Source: Felis catus
Lineage: Eukaryota
DNA length: 64,000 bases
Reading direction: 5' to 3'
NCBI RefSeq assembly: GCF_018350175.1
Contig: NC_058377.1
Span: forward strand, 111,290,001-111,354,000
Of the stretch, positions 46,961 through 60,118 are shown piece after piece. Both the position numbers and the translations under genes were made by a program. How positions within the stretch are numbered: the stretch's first letter is position 1; every line of letters starts with the position of its first letter. The notes under the pieces were generated by a model. It saw nothing but the letters and a program-made list of their open reading frames with translations, made no database searches and had not been told where the DNA came from.

Positions 46961-49900
46961 TGCTCTCCAAGGCCCTAGATGGGGAGGCCAGTTGTAACGC
47001 CGACCCCGTGCACCTCCCCCAGGGAGGCTTTTGCAGGGGTTCCCGGTCCTTTGCCTCCTGTGACAGCCACCTGCACCCGGCGAGGCACCCCTGTCTGCTC
47101 AGTGAGGACCCGGACCCCCAGGCAGGGACCCGAGAGGTGGGGACAGCAGCCTCTCCTGCCTCCTGCTCCCCCCTGCCCCCGCCTCTGCTGGCATGGCAGG
47201 CCCAGAAGGCTCTGCTGGGTGGGCCCTGCGGAGGCTCCCGCTCCCTGCTCTGCCCCGTGAAGCACACACACGCCATCTGTCTCTACCGGCTTCCCGGCGG
47301 CCAGAGGGTGTCTGGTCAGCTCCCCCACACAGGCTGCAGCCTTGTTCTCTGCGGCGGCCCCGGCCGGGGTCCCTCTCCATCCAGGCCCTGTCTGTCTGAA
47401 CTCAGAGAGCCAGTAGATGTTTCCACCGCTCAGGGCTGTTTGTTGATCTTTCCAGAGTCCACTGCCAGAAACCGGAGGCTTTTGTGGGGGGGGGGGGGCC
47501 TTGGTCGGACCACACTCGGGCCTGCAGACAAGGCCACGGGCAGGCCAGCTCAGGGGTGCCCGGGAGTGAGGTCGGGGAGGCTGGACAGCCGCAGGGACGT
47601 GTTCCTGCGGCACCTTCTCAGCCTCGTGACCTCCTTGGCCCTTGAAGCCTCCTTCTCAGAGCCAGGACGACCAGATTCTGCCTCCGGCGAGGCTGGGGCC
47701 CCCAGAGGAGCACGGAAGTCTTAGGACGCCCAGCTCACCCCGGGGGCTGGTCAGACCAGCCGCGGCTCTCGGGCCAGGAGGCCCAGAGCTCCTGGCCACT
47801 GGCGTGCCCTGGACCGATGGCATTAAGCTTCAGACCCAAAGGGGAGCCACCCAGCGAGGGGCGGCCGCGGACAGGGGGCAGTCATGTTGGAATCTGGGGC
47901 TTTGGGACAGCCACAGGATGTGGGCGACCAGACACAAGCCCTTGGCCTTCCAGGGGCAGAGGGGGATGTGGATACCTGCCTTGGGACGGCTCCAAACTGT
48001 CCCCGTCCAAAGCCACCACCAGACTCGCTGGCAATGGGGAGTGGGCACAGCAATCCTGCAGGCCCCGTGCGTGGGCTCAGGAACAGCGGGGAGGAGAGCC
48101 GAACGCAGGCACTTTCTTCATGCCAAGCCCGTGAGGCTCATCCCCAAAGATCCCCGAGCCCCACAGGACACGTGCTCTCGGCCGCCTGCGGCTGCTGTGC
48201 GGGGCTCGGGCCGCTGTCTGCACAACAGAGGCCTTCTCCGCCGAGCCCCCCCGGGAGGCCCCAGCCGCCCGATGGCAGGTACTTCGGAATGGGGCCCCAG
48301 ATGTGGTCCGTCTCAAGGCCTCTGGGTTCTGTGTTCCAGAAAGCCGCCTCCGCCCCAGCCCGCCAGCTGCCCAGGGCGCTCGGCAGCACGGCTGGGGTGG
48401 GTCGTGCGACAGGCAGCAATGAATGTCACCACCGCTCAGCAGCTGATGTCCGGCTTCCGCGGGTCTGCCACGAGTCCGCGAGGGGCAGGACGGCCACTTT
48501 CTCAAACGTGCGGGACAAAGTGAGAGATCCGTCCCGACCGGACCGGGCCTTGCCTGCCCCGGGGGCCCTCACCGGGCACCGCCACCGAGGGCTTCCCGAA
48601 AGAGCGCTCCATCGGCCTGCGGTCCCGTGGAACATCGGGTCAGACCAAAGGACCCACCGGCAGCGAGGAGGTGCGGTCTGGGTCCCGTCCCCTGGGATGC
48701 ACTGGGCGCGTCACAGAGCCCCCCACGCTGCCGGCCTAAAGGAGCTGGAGACTGGCCCGTTGCAGACGTGGCCTTGGGCTGCCAGGGACCGTCTGGCCCG
48801 AGGTCCACCCTCTCCCGGCCCCCATCCAGGGACTGATGGACTCAGAAGTGGACACAAGGAAAGGAAAAAGGCTGTCCTCCCCACCCAGATCTTAGGGTCG
48901 GTTGCTCAGCTCCTGGAGGGGCCGTGGGGAGCCTCTCGGAACTTCCGGGTGCCTCTCCTGAGCACCTGCCCCTAAGGCAGGGTGGGGAGGGGTGGGGCGG
49001 GGCGGGGCAGGGCCGGATGGGCTGGGGCCCGGTGGGCACTCCACGGGGAGCGCTGGGGCGACCCTCAAATGACAAGCTATCGTGTGTTGAGTACGCTGTG
49101 GGGGCTCTAGGGGTTCCAGCGTGCAGATGGGACAGTGCAGAGATTCTCTTGAGACCCTCCAGCCCCCAGCAGGAGCAGGGTGGCCGGGGCTCCAGCTGCC
49201 CCCTCGCTATGCCCTCTTGCCTTCAGACCTGAGGAGGGCCGCCGGCCCGCTGCCCTGAGGGTCCCCAAGCCAGGCGCACGGGGCCCTTCGAGAGCCGTCA
49301 CCCCAACCTGCATGACCGTATGCCCCCTCCGTGTTGGCAAAGGCCCACGGGTGCCCTGATGTCAAAGCTAAAACGGGCCTCCGTTTTCACCAGGAAAGGT
49401 TCGAGTGTTCCTTTTTTTCCTGTCTTTATGCACTCGCTTCCTGACATGCAATCCGACGGGATTGTGTCCTGAACCGGGCGACCGCCTTCAAGAGAGAGGC
49501 ACAGCCTTGCTGTCCACCCAGGAGGAGGAGCCCCGGGGCCGGCGCCGGCTGGGGAACGTGCGGGGCCCGTTCCCCTCGGTTCAAAACTCATCAGGAACCT
49601 CCAGGCAGTGTGAGAGCATGAAGCCCCACGCAGCCCTCCAGAGCAGGGCGGGTGCGGTGCTCCCCTGCGGTGCTCCCCGGGGGGGGGGGTGGAGGGGGGC
49701 GGGGGGAGCTGGCCTGCCCAGGGCCCAGGAGGGGAGGGCAGGGGAGGGGAGGGCGGGGACCCCGGGCAAGCCCTTCCCCTTTCCGGGCCCCGTTCCCACG
49801 CTGGAAGTAGGAGCACAGGGCGGACGGCGGGAGGACGGCACAGCCCAAGGCACGTGGTGGCCCCAGAGTCGGCCTTGTCCGGTCCTGTCCAGGGCTGCCA

Positions 49901-50156
49901 CTGAGGCGGGCCGGCTCCCACGGGTGCCCCCACGAGCAGGAGTAACCCCGCTAGGAAGGCCGTCCACGTGCTGCGGCCCCGTGGGCCAGGGGGCAGGAAG
50001 GGGCGCCAGGCTCCCATCGGGTGTCGAGAGGCCACAGTGGGGTCCGGGGCGTGTAGCCCCCCGACCACGCCCACCTCTCTCCAGAGCTGTCGGGGGGGGG
50101 GGGGAACAAAGGAAGCACGCGTGGCTCAAAGCTTGGGATCGGAGCCTCACCTCCCC

Positions 50157-50217
50157 GTTCATTCATTCATTCGTTCGTTCGTTCATTCATTCGTTCATTC
50201 ATTCATTCATTCATTCA
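50157..50217. repeat. (TTCA/TTCG)n microsatellite
   Basis: Seen directly. Confidence 0.9.
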
Positions 50218-50744
50218 GCGAAGGCACAATGATCACACCCCACGTGCCAGTGCCTGTGCTGAGGCAGGACCTCCGGCAGAGGCGCGGGGGATCCCCGATC
50301 CCAAGCCCCTTCCCCCACAACACCCTCGGTGCCGACCCACTTTAGTGAGAGTTCAGGCTCTGCCCAGGGGGCTCCGTGTGCCTCCTATTAGCCTGGACTT
50401 TAAGGCGTCTGGACGGTTCCCCCTCCTGACTCCTCCCTGTGCCCCCACCCAAGTGCCCCACTCCCTGCCCTGGCTCTCCCCTCTTGTTCCCACTCTTCAA
50501 ATAATGCTGACGGCCTCCATGTCACCGTCCCACACCCTTGACCTGCTGCAGGCTGCCATCCCCATGACAGGACAGAACAGGACAGGACCGGAGCCCTCTC
50601 CTGATTCCTTCCAGCCTCACGTCCCTCCTCGGAGCCTCCACCAGCCCCCAGCATCGTCCCCACCCTGGACCGGACCTTCCACACCTCGGACCCCTCCTTC
50701 CTCTGCTTGGTCACAAGGGCTCGCTTGTGCTCCCCAGCACATGC

Positions 50745-51735
50745 AGCAATCAATTACTGAAAGATTATTACCGATAGACCACAGATCTCGATGCGCAGGT
50801 TTCATAAGAAACGCAAGAAACCACGTTCACGACTTCGGAGTAGGCAGTGACTTCTTCAATAGGACACGAAGAGTGCCGGCTGTAAAAGGAAATACTTGCG
50901 AAGTTGAACTAGACGAAGATTATTAAGAAACTCTGCTCATCAAATGACACCACTAAGGAAGTGAAAATGTCACCCACGTGTCTGACAAAAATATTCCTGT
51001 CTGGAACATGCAGAGAACGCCTGCAAATCCATAACAGGTGCGGGAAGCAGGACAACGGTTTCGATGGACGCTTTTCAACATGGCGTCCAGACCGCCAAGA
51101 AGCCTACGAGGAAGTGTGCGGGCTTGTTAGGCGTCAGGGAGATTCACGTCCAAACCACAGTGAGACGCCGTGGACACTCGTTGGAACGGCGAAGATGAAA
51201 ATTAGAGTAAAGGCAGGTGATACCAGGCGCGGGCGGCGTGTGGAGGTTCCAAAATGTTCCACTGGGCCGGTGGGGGGTGGCGCAGCCCCGTGGGAACGCT
51301 GTCTCGTGGACTCTGCTGGAGCGGACACACATCCACGCGTGGTCGTGGCCGCACCGTCCCAGGAATCCCACCTGGAGATGACCCGAGGGTCCGTCAGGAA
51401 AGGAACGAATTCATAAACCGAGGCACGTTTGCCCAACCGGCTATTACGTGGTGATGGGAATGGACACCCCGCGGGCACTGCACCAGTGCTGACGAACGTC
51501 ACGTGCACAGCCCCGAGAGAAAGAAGTCAGACACAAGAGAATGGATGGCACCCCTCAAGCACAGGTAAAGCAGTGTCGAGACGGCCGTCACCACTGGGGC
51601 AGGGGCAGGCGAGTGACTCAAAGCATCCAGGGGGTGGCAGAGCTCAGGCCGTCCTGTTTCTACATCTGGGGACCAGTCGGGCACGTGTGATCGGCTGGCG
51701 AGTGTTCGCTGAGCTGGGTGTCTTCAGGACTGGGG
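50745..51735 (+). mobile_element. L1ME-type ORF2 end and 3' UTR, CpG-enriched
   Basis: Contains ttcacgacttcggagtaggcagtgacttctt, attaagaaactctgctcatcaaatgacacca and gagaaagaagtcagacacaaga. Confidence 0.8.
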
Positions 51736-52204
51736 GCTTGAGTTAGTCCAACGGCGACAATGACGGACGCTGCCCTGGGCCTCAGGTTCGGGCGGCACAA
51801 GGCCAGGCGGGCTGCCCCAGAGCCCGGACCCAATCTCCAGACCACACACGGTGCGTGACGCTCTCTGCTGTAAGCGCCACGCAGCCACCGGATGCTCACG
51901 GAACGCTCTTGTGCACTCTGGGGACGTCCGCACCGTGAATGTGGGCGTGCCCGGGGGACGTCGTCCTTTACCTTAACGGGTGACCCCGAAGGGAGGTAAA
52001 CCAAGATGGAACGTTGGGACTTTCCTCATTTGTTAAGAACGGGGGATCCTTCTCTGCCGAAGGGGATTGCTGTGGACACGGCAGGCACGTTTCCTCAGTC
52101 TCCTGTGCTGTGCCCGGTGGCATGGCTATGGAATGACCCACCTTTCGGTTTGATCTGAGTTCACGTTTTCTCTGCCGCCGTCTTAGGTCTGGGCAGCCCC
52201 CAAG

Positions 52205-52560
52205 GCCATCCGTCAGCGGCTGCCACTGTCCGTGGTGTCAGTACCCTCCCGAGGGCCAAATGCAAGCCACCGAAACGAAGCCGTGGAACGTGGAGTCGGG
52301 GCAGGACAACCCTGAGCGTGCCATCCGGGGCCTTTCGGGGGTCTAGACACAGTAGAGCACGCAGCCTCCGAGCACAGATGATGGTCAAAGAATCAGGAGG
52401 CGATGAGACTCGCGGACTCATGACGTTTACTCTAAGTCTGATTTGTGCAGTTCTAAGTCCGTACCATTCAACATTCAAGAACGGCCATGGTTAACAGCCA
52501 GCTCCAAAATGTCCTGGGAACTTAGCTGGCAACTCTGGGGAGCTGGGCCGAGCCCCCCCA
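52205..52560. mobile_element. MER63-like hAT-Blackjack relic
   Basis: Contains cagcggctgccactgtccgtggtgtcagtac and ggttaacagccagctccaaaatgtcctg. Confidence 0.55.
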
Positions 52561-54677
52561 CCCACCCCGCCCTGCACTGGGTGGGGCTAATCCTCTCCTC
52601 TCCCTGCTCCTGGGCGCCCAGTTTTCTTCTGCCTCTTCGGTCCCAGCCGCGGGGCTGGGCGGTGGGGGACACTGCACCTGTCCCCCTGCCCATGAGCTCG
52701 TGGAGTCCCGGGTGTGGCAGCCCACTTTCCTGATGAGGAGACAGGCCACGGGACGGGTGCTCGCCAGAGCCGCGTGGAACCACAGGAGGAGCCAGGACGG
52801 GGATGGGCCCGTCTCCTGGCTCCAAGGCCTATGACTCTAGCTCACCAGCTCCGGCTTCTTCTGTGAGAAACGGGATGACACAGGCAGCACCCCCCCACCC
52901 CCCATCTGACTGTCCTGCAGCCCGAGGCCCCAGGGACCCTCCTGTCCTTTCGGTCTCTCTTCAGTGTGGGCCACAGCCCTGCCCCTGCTGAGCCTAGGGG
53001 TGTTGGAAAGACGGGCCTCATCGGACCCCTTCGGCCACATGGTTCCGAGAGCCCATAGGAACTACACAGCGACATGCTTGTGGCCAGAGGGAGCAGGGCG
53101 GGGAATCAGGTTGGGGGCCAAGGGCAGAGCCTGGGAGGTGGGATGATATGAAGGCGAAGGGGCGGCAAACTCAGACAATGAGGGGATGGGGGGAAAGAGG
53201 GAGGGGCGGAGGGGTGAGTGACAGCGGGGTGGTAAGGGGATGACAAGGGGCAGGAAGGGGAGTATGACATTCTCAGCGGATTGGACAGGTGACCCAGACC
53301 CGGAGGTGGCCCGTATCTAGGGTCCACCAAGATGGCCTCCAGGGGTCTCATTATGGACCTCAACCCCCCGAGAGAGGTGGGGCGTCAGGCTCTCAGGATC
53401 TCCGGGGACAGACGGAGAAGCCAGAAACGGAGCGTGAGGTTAGAGCGGCGTCGGGAAGAGATTATCTACAACCGCCACACAGCTCTGCCCCCTTCGAGGA
53501 CCCAGCTCCTGCCCGCAGAGCCGCCCGGGGGCGCCCCCAGACCCCAGGGCCTCACGCCTTCCCTCCCGCACCCTCCACCCCCCTCTATACTGGGGGCCAA
53601 ACCTGCCTCATAGGAGGGAGGGGAGAAAGGTGGAGCTTGTGTTGGAGACCGGCAGGGGGACTGTGAAAACGGCGCCCCCCCACCCCGAACCGTATGGCTG
53701 GTGACCCTAGCTCAGAAAACAAGGCCACGGGGCTTTGGTGGTGGGTGCAGGGGGGCGGGGAGGTCGCCCATGGAGGTGGGGAGGCCACTCAGAAAGCAGA
53801 GAGTGAGACGCACGGATCCCCAGCAAATCTAAGAGCAGCAAAGGATGCTGGGAATATCCCGTGCCGTCCATCCCTGAAGGAGGCCCACCGATGGCACACG
53901 GCTGAATCGTCTCCCAGCCCATCCGGGCCGAGCTGGCAAAGACGGGGAGCGGGGTCATGGGCACCCCTGGTTCTCCGGCCCGGGGTCCCCCGAGGGGCCG
54001 GAACGGGACCATCGTGGAGGTCTGAGAGGCCGCCGGCAGATGCCTGGGGGCCCCGTCGCCTAGCGACCGGCTTCGCGCAGCCCTGGCGGGCCCCTTGCTC
54101 TGGGTGCTGCCCACTCCTGACTCCGGCTACGAGCACTTTCACTGCTGTTCTGCATGGATAAGCGCCAGGCCTCCTGCCAATTGTCCCCCTCTTAAAAGGC
54201 AGCCCCAGCGAAAGGCCTTTTCAAGAGGGATCGAGCAGTGCCATCCAGGCTGGGCGGGCACTGACGGGGGGCCGGGCTCCCGGCTGGGCGGCTGGGGTCA
54301 GGGGGCCACACAAAGCATCTCGGCGGAGGCTTCGTGCGCTCGGCCACGGCAGCCCCGTGTATTGATCAGCAGGACCCACACCAGCATCTTCAGAAGGGAG
54401 ATTGAGTGAAAAGGGTGACTTTTGAGGAGTGGCCTTTGAAGGCACAGACCTGGCTCCCTGTTAAATTGATTTTAAGGGGCCACAAAACCCCACAGGCAGC
54501 CAGGGGCACCCAGAAGCCTCTGGGGTTGGGGTAGAGGCTTGCGCTGCTGGCTGGGGGTCAGGGGGGGCTGGGCAGGTGCCCCCGGCCGGGGTAGGTGGGA
54601 GGACAGGAGTCTTGGGGGCACGGAGAGCAGTCTGCCTTGGGTTTGCATTGAAACGCTCATCCCCCGGTGCCCCTTTC

Positions 54678-54711
54678 CACACACACACACGCACACACAC
54701 ACACACACACA
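54678..54711. repeat. (CA)n microsatellite
   Basis: Seen directly. Confidence 0.95.
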
Positions 54712-55113
54712 GCTTGGTCCTAGTGGAAAGCCCTGGAAAACGGACTGGCCTAGACCAGCAGGTGGGCAAAATCGGGCAGAGGAGATGGGCTGGAGCTGCA
54801 GGTCTGGATGGTCCAGCGGGGAGGACCCGGGGGCCTTGCCACATCCCTCTGGGCCCAAGGCTGGCCCACCCAGAACAGTGGGGGGCCCCCCTGGGCTCCC
54901 CCAGAGGGGACAGGCGTCTCCACGGACCCCTCAGCCCCGGGGCAGTGGCCAAGGTTGGTGTCCTGGGGAGGCAGTGGGGAGACAGGTGGCCCCTCCCAAC
55001 TGAGGGGCTCCGGGTACCCCTGGAGGCACCCCCACGGCTCTGTCTGCCGTATATGCTGAAACGTGTTTTCTCTCTGCTTCTGCAGTTGCTTACGATTCTC
55101 CACGACAATTTTT

Positions 55114-55133
55114 AAAACATTTTTTAATGCCTA

Positions 55134-55185
<52 letters not shown>

Positions 55186-55348
55186 CCCGAACGAGGGTCA
55201 GAGAGAGAGGGAGACGCAGAGTCCGAAGCAGGCTCCAGGCTCCGAGCCGTCAGCGCAGAGCCCCACGCGGGGCTCGAATCCACGAACCGCGAGATCGTGG
55301 CCTGGGCCGATGTCGGACGCTCAACCGACGGAGCCACCCAGGGGCCCC
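55114..55348 (-). mobile_element. Can-SINE with an expanded (GA)n tract and TSD
   Basis: TSD tccacgacaattttt (55099-55113) / tccacgatcattttt (55349-55363). Confidence 0.96.
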
Positions 55349-55404
55349 TCCACGATCATTTTTCGAAGGCATTCGAATCGCAGTTTCCTCTGCATCCGCA
55401 ACTT

Positions 55405-55825
55405 TGTCAAGCCCATGACCTAGCAAACCCCCTGCTGGGTAACCTTCCCAGGGGAAGTGAGAGCCACCATCCGAATGGGGACCGGCGCACAGGGACTTGA
55501 TTCTCCACGGCCCGTCAGCCGACGAACGGGACGTGTCCGTGCCACAGAGCGCTTCGTGCACCAGCACCGAGGGCTCTCGGCAGAGGAGCCGGGAACGTTC
55601 CTCAGGCTTCCGTTTCCCCAAAGCTCAAGGACAGACCAAGCTTATCTACAGCCATCAAAGTATTGATAGGAAGGATCACGGGAGAACTTTGGGGCCGAAG
55701 GGAGCGTTCTCCGTCTTGAGCCGGCTGGTGGTGACAAAGGTGCGTACACACGAAAGGAGCCACTGATTGTCACACAGGGTCCGGGCGTTCCGCTGCCTAT
55801 AGACTGTCCCTGACTTTCAAAAACA
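55405..55825 (+). mobile_element. L1ME-type 3' fragment
   Basis: Contains cccatgacctagcaaacccc and aagctcaaggacagaccaagcttatctac. Confidence 0.55.
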
Positions 55826-55919
55826 GTCCGTCAGTTCCTCTGGGAAGATCCGGGGGAGGGGAGATGTACTTCAGATGATCCCTGTCTGTGGTTCCAGGAG
55901 ACACTGAGGTCCTGTCCCC

Positions 55920-55995
55920 ATCATGTGCTGTGTGACCCTGGGCAGGTTACTCTCCCTCTCTGTGCCTCTTTCCCCACATCTGTAAAATGCAGACC
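55920..55995 (+). mobile_element. MIR core fragment
   Basis: Contains gctgtgtgaccctgggcaggttact and ccccacatctgtaaaatg. Confidence 0.8.
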
Positions 55996-57238
55996 TGGGC
56001 CCCGGCACGCGTAGGACATGCTCCGTGAACCCTCCCCGGCCAGCCCCGTGTCAGCACCGCCCCAGCCAGAGTTTCCATTTGCCGCGGCTCGTCCGGTTTC
56101 GCCAGCCTCCTCCGTGTTCCCGGGAGCGTGTGTCTTCCTCAGCCTCTGCTCAGCGAGGGCCCCCGAGGCCCTGCACGTCCAAGAGGGATCCAGGGAGGGC
56201 TGGGTTCCACAACGCCTGTCGCCGCAGAGGCCCGTGGTCCGTGCCGGCCTAGTCCCTTGAAAGTTCATCTGTCCCCAGAGCTCAGACATCCCTGGAGGTG
56301 ACAGGGAGGTGGTATCCGTGGCCCGGAGAGCAGCTGGTCCTGGGCTAATGACGGAAACCACAACAGAGTCATGCCTGGTGGCCTGGGTCCCAGGGGCTCT
56401 CTGGCCCCGTCCTCGCTGACTGTCCAGGGGCACAGGCGGATTCCTGTTTGTGGGACGGCCACTCTCTTTGCCCTTGAAGACCCTGCCAGCTGGTAGGAGG
56501 CAAGGTGGCTTAAATGCCGAGCAAAGCTAAAACACCAGGGCTCCAGAGAGCAGGGGGGGAGCAGCCGGATCGGAAAGCCGGAGTGCCCTGAAGGGGGCGG
56601 GACGGTGAGATGCAGAAGTGGGACACGGAGGAGTATCCCAGGGACAGAAAACACCGTGCAAAGGCCCTGGGGTTGCCAGCAGCATGGGTCACTGGAGGTC
56701 TCTGAAAGCCGAGAAGGGGCTGGAGAGCCGCTGCTTACACCACAGACGGAACGTGGGCTTTCAGGGGGCTTTGGGGAGCCGGCCCGGCCGGGATCCCCCA
56801 AATTGCCTGTCTCAGCTCTGTCTTCTCTCCCTGCCCCGGCTGCCCTGTCCCCCCGCCCGGGCCTCTCCCCCTGCCCGAAGCCGGAGCCGTGGGGAAGGAG
56901 AGACTCTGGCAGGCCATCTGCCCTTCCCCGGGCCTGGGAAAGGAGGCTGCTTGGGCTCCCATCCCCCAGAGGGCCCCGAGGGCCACGAGCCTGGGGGAGG
57001 AAGTCTGTGGGAAAGAGCACGGTCCCCGGGGGCTCTGACTCGATCCTGGCAGCTACTTGCACCAGAGAGAGATGTCGCGTCTCCACTCAGCAGCCCCTGG
57101 GAGCCGGGCTGGAGCAGGATCCCCTCGGCCGGGCGGGCAGGCAGAGCGGGGCGGGGCCGGGCCCCTCTGCAGGCCGGGGGACGGAGGGGACAGGCCCAGG
57201 TTGGAGTCCATGGTTTCCGTGTGGGTCCTGCAAACCGC

Positions 57239-57286
57239 GGTCCCGGACACCCTGAGGGGTCCCGGACACCCTGAGGGGTCCGGGAC
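57239..57286. repeat. 19-bp tandem duplication (about 2.5 copies)
   Basis: (ggtcccggacaccctgagg)x2 followed by ggtccgggac. Confidence 0.9.
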
Positions 57287-58261
57287 GGGCACGCCTCACA
57301 GTTCAGGTCCTCGTCCCGGGCTTGGTCCAGCCCCCGGTGGCCAGGGCCCCTGCCCTCAGTGACAGAACCATCCCGAGCAGGGCTGTCCTGGGGGTGGGTC
57401 CCAGAGACCCCTGTGCACCTCCTGGACCCCCTTCCAGTACCCCTCACAGGGGGGCAGCTGGCCCCTCGCTGCCTCTGCGATACAATTCAGGGGCCCCAGG
57501 TCCTTCCTCCAGCCGTGCCCCCCCAAACAGAGCCCCCACCTGGCCCTAAGCCCCCAAGTCACCCGCTTGGCTGAGCGGGCATCTCTCTTGCTTCTGGAAA
57601 GTCCGACAGGAGGAGCCCACAAGACTCATTCTTAAAAGCCGAAGGCGCTCAGGAACAGTGAGCCTCGAGAGCGTCTTTCCAGAAACCTGCTCGAGCCACA
57701 TGCCCGTGCAGCCTGCAGAGCGACCTCAGGGGCACGGGCAGGGGGACGTCGCCCCCTGCTTCCTGGGGCCCTGCCTTGCTCACTGGCCCCCCGGGGGGTT
57801 CACGTACAGCAGGCGACGCTGAGAGCAGACCAGCGTCTCCTCTGCGCCCGGGGATCCCCGTGGCAGCCACCCAGGGGCCGGGGGAAGACCGGCCTCACGC
57901 ACACAGGCAGGTGCTGTCCGCGCGGACGAGGAGGACTGGGGAGGACTTTCGTTCGGCTGGAGCGCTGACGGCTTACAGCTCTGAGAGCTGGGGTGGGGGG
58001 GGCACAAAGAGAGGGAGGGAAATAAAGTCAGCGAGGGCAGGCGGGGGGCACTGTGGCCCTGGCAGCATGGTGACCCCGGGCTGGAGAGGGGCTGGGGACT
58101 CTGCCGGAGCAGAAGGGCGGGAGGCGGGACGGCCCAGCCCTTGGATGAGCCTTCCCAGAGACGGCCACCCCTGCCACCGAAGTATTGGGACAAGAGTGAG
58201 AAGCACACACAACCGGACTCTCAGCCGGTCCCCTGAGCCACGCTGGGCCACCTCCCCTTCC

Positions 58262-58780
58262 CTCATTCACGTCCCACCTATTTATTGAGCACCTTTGGTA
58301 TGCCGGGCGCGCGGAGCATGGTGGTGACTCACACAGACATAGTCCCTTCCCAGAGGGAGTAGAGGTCGAGCGGAGGAGAAAGACCCTAACCAAATGTGAA
58401 ATGCAAAATGCAGATAAACACGAAAGGTCAAGGGAGAGGGGCACCTTGGGTTTTGAAAGGCTGGAGCAGGTAGACCTGTGAGGTGGGGAAGCGAGGGAAG
58501 GTTTCTCCCAAGGCTGCGGCCGGCCGTGGAGCTCAGAGTCGGGGCTGGAGGTGAAACAAAAGGCAGAGAAAGCCTGTGCAAAGGTCCCGTGGTAGAGCAG
58601 AATGTGGTTCCTTCCAGAGGCTACCAGAAGGGTCAGCGTCCGTGGGGGGAGACGGGGGCACCCATTCAGGGAGACGAGGACCCCAATGGTGCTGCGTTTC
58701 TCGGTCAAGAGCCACGGAAGCCCTCGCAGGGGATTAAACGCAGGTGACCGTAGGGTCACGCTTCATGGCTCACAGAGATC
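58262..58780 (-). mobile_element. L2 fragment
   Basis: Contains tatttattgagcacc, agcctgtgcaaaggtcccgtgg and ggaagccctcgcaggggattaaacgcagg. Confidence 0.6.
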
Positions 58781-59079
58781 CCTCCGATGGCAGGTGGACC
58801 CGTCCCCTGGGGCGATGGTGGCTACAGACCCGCACCCTCCCTTGGCCCCTTTGACGTGGCCGCCTCTGAATGTCTCCTCTGGGTTCCCCCAAGATCCCCC
58901 TCTCACAATCGCTCCTCGGGATCTCCCCTCGGGATCCCTCTTCAAAACTCTTGGAGGTCCCTCCTCAGAACGGCAGCCATGTCCAGCTGGCTTGACCCAG
59001 CGTCCCCGCGGCCGGGCCTGGCTTCAGAGGCCTTGTAAGTGATGGAAGCCAGGAGCACCCAGCAAAGAGGTGGAGGACG

Positions 59080-60060
59080 GCGAGGCGGATGGCCCTGCGA
59101 GGAAGGGACAGGCGGGTGACGGGAGGACCAAGGGTGCCAAGGGTGCGTGGGGGGGGGGGCGCTGTGAGGAGTAGGGGGTCCTGGGGCGGGCTGGCCCGAG
59201 ATGTCGGGACCGGCGGGAACCCCCGGCACCGCCAGGGCCGTGCCGGTCAGCGAGCGCCTCCTGCCCTTCACGCGCCCACGGCGGGCCCGGCCCAGGCGAC
59301 GCCGAGCGGTGCCCGGGTACCACGCTCAGATGCTTAAATGATGGGGTGAAAGCCCTCCCCCTTCTCCCTCCCCCCGGCCCGCATTCCTGAGGCCGGGCCT
59401 GGGGTTTGGTTACCAGGCAGCCGCGGCCCTGGAGGGCACCCACCCCGCGAGCTGGCGGGAGTCCGAAGCTGCTGACGGTTCCTTTTCTTCAGCAGCAATT
59501 AAGCGAGTTCCAACTGGTGACTTTGGTTAGCGGTGAGACGTGGAAACTATTCACCGCCGTGGATCGCCCTGGGCCACGAGTGTGTGCACGTGGGCGTGCA
59601 TGCGTGTGTGTGCGGGCGTGGCGGGGGTGACTTCCCGCGCCCGGGAGTCCGCCTGGGCACCCGCGCGTGTTGGCCACGGACGCCCATCTCAGGGCGCGAA
59701 CGTGCACCCATCCGTGCGTGCGCCCTGGGCGTGCGCGACGTGCGCACGGCACGTCCTGCCGGTACGCGTGGGGGCCGGGCCGGTGTCTGCGTGTGCCCTG
59801 GGGGACGCGTGCGTGTGCCCTGGGGGACGCGTGCGTGTGCCCTGGGGGACGCGTGCGTGTGCCCTGGGGGACGCGTGCGTGTGCCCTGGGGGACGCGTGC
59901 GTGTGCGTGGGCACGTAGGCCTGCAGCCCGTCTGTGCGTTTGTGCCGGGCGTGGGGGCCTGGGGAGGGGTCTGTGCGCCTGCTCGTGGGCGAGCGTGAGC
60001 ATCTGTGTGCTCGGACGTGTTTGAGGGGTCAGCCGACGTTAACAGAACCCTCCGCGTAGA
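59080..60060. promoter_or_regulatory. CpG-island-like region
   Basis: Very high GC and CpG density by inspection. Contains the 22-bp array. Confidence 0.55.
59789..59906. repeat. Perfect 22-bp minisatellite, 5.4 copies
   Basis: (gcgtgtgccctgggggacgcgt)x5 starting at 59789, 59811, 59833, 59855 and 59877. Confidence 0.97.
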
Positions 60061-60118
60061 GCAGAGGGGCCGGCACACAGGGGAGACGCAAGGGATGCTG
60101 GGATATGGACGAATGGGG

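Noticed and set aside
47642-48975. Overlapping 293-aa and 363-aa ORFs
   Set aside because: They are Pro/Gly/Arg/Ala-rich, open in several frames because of high GC, and show no recognisable domain or exon structure.
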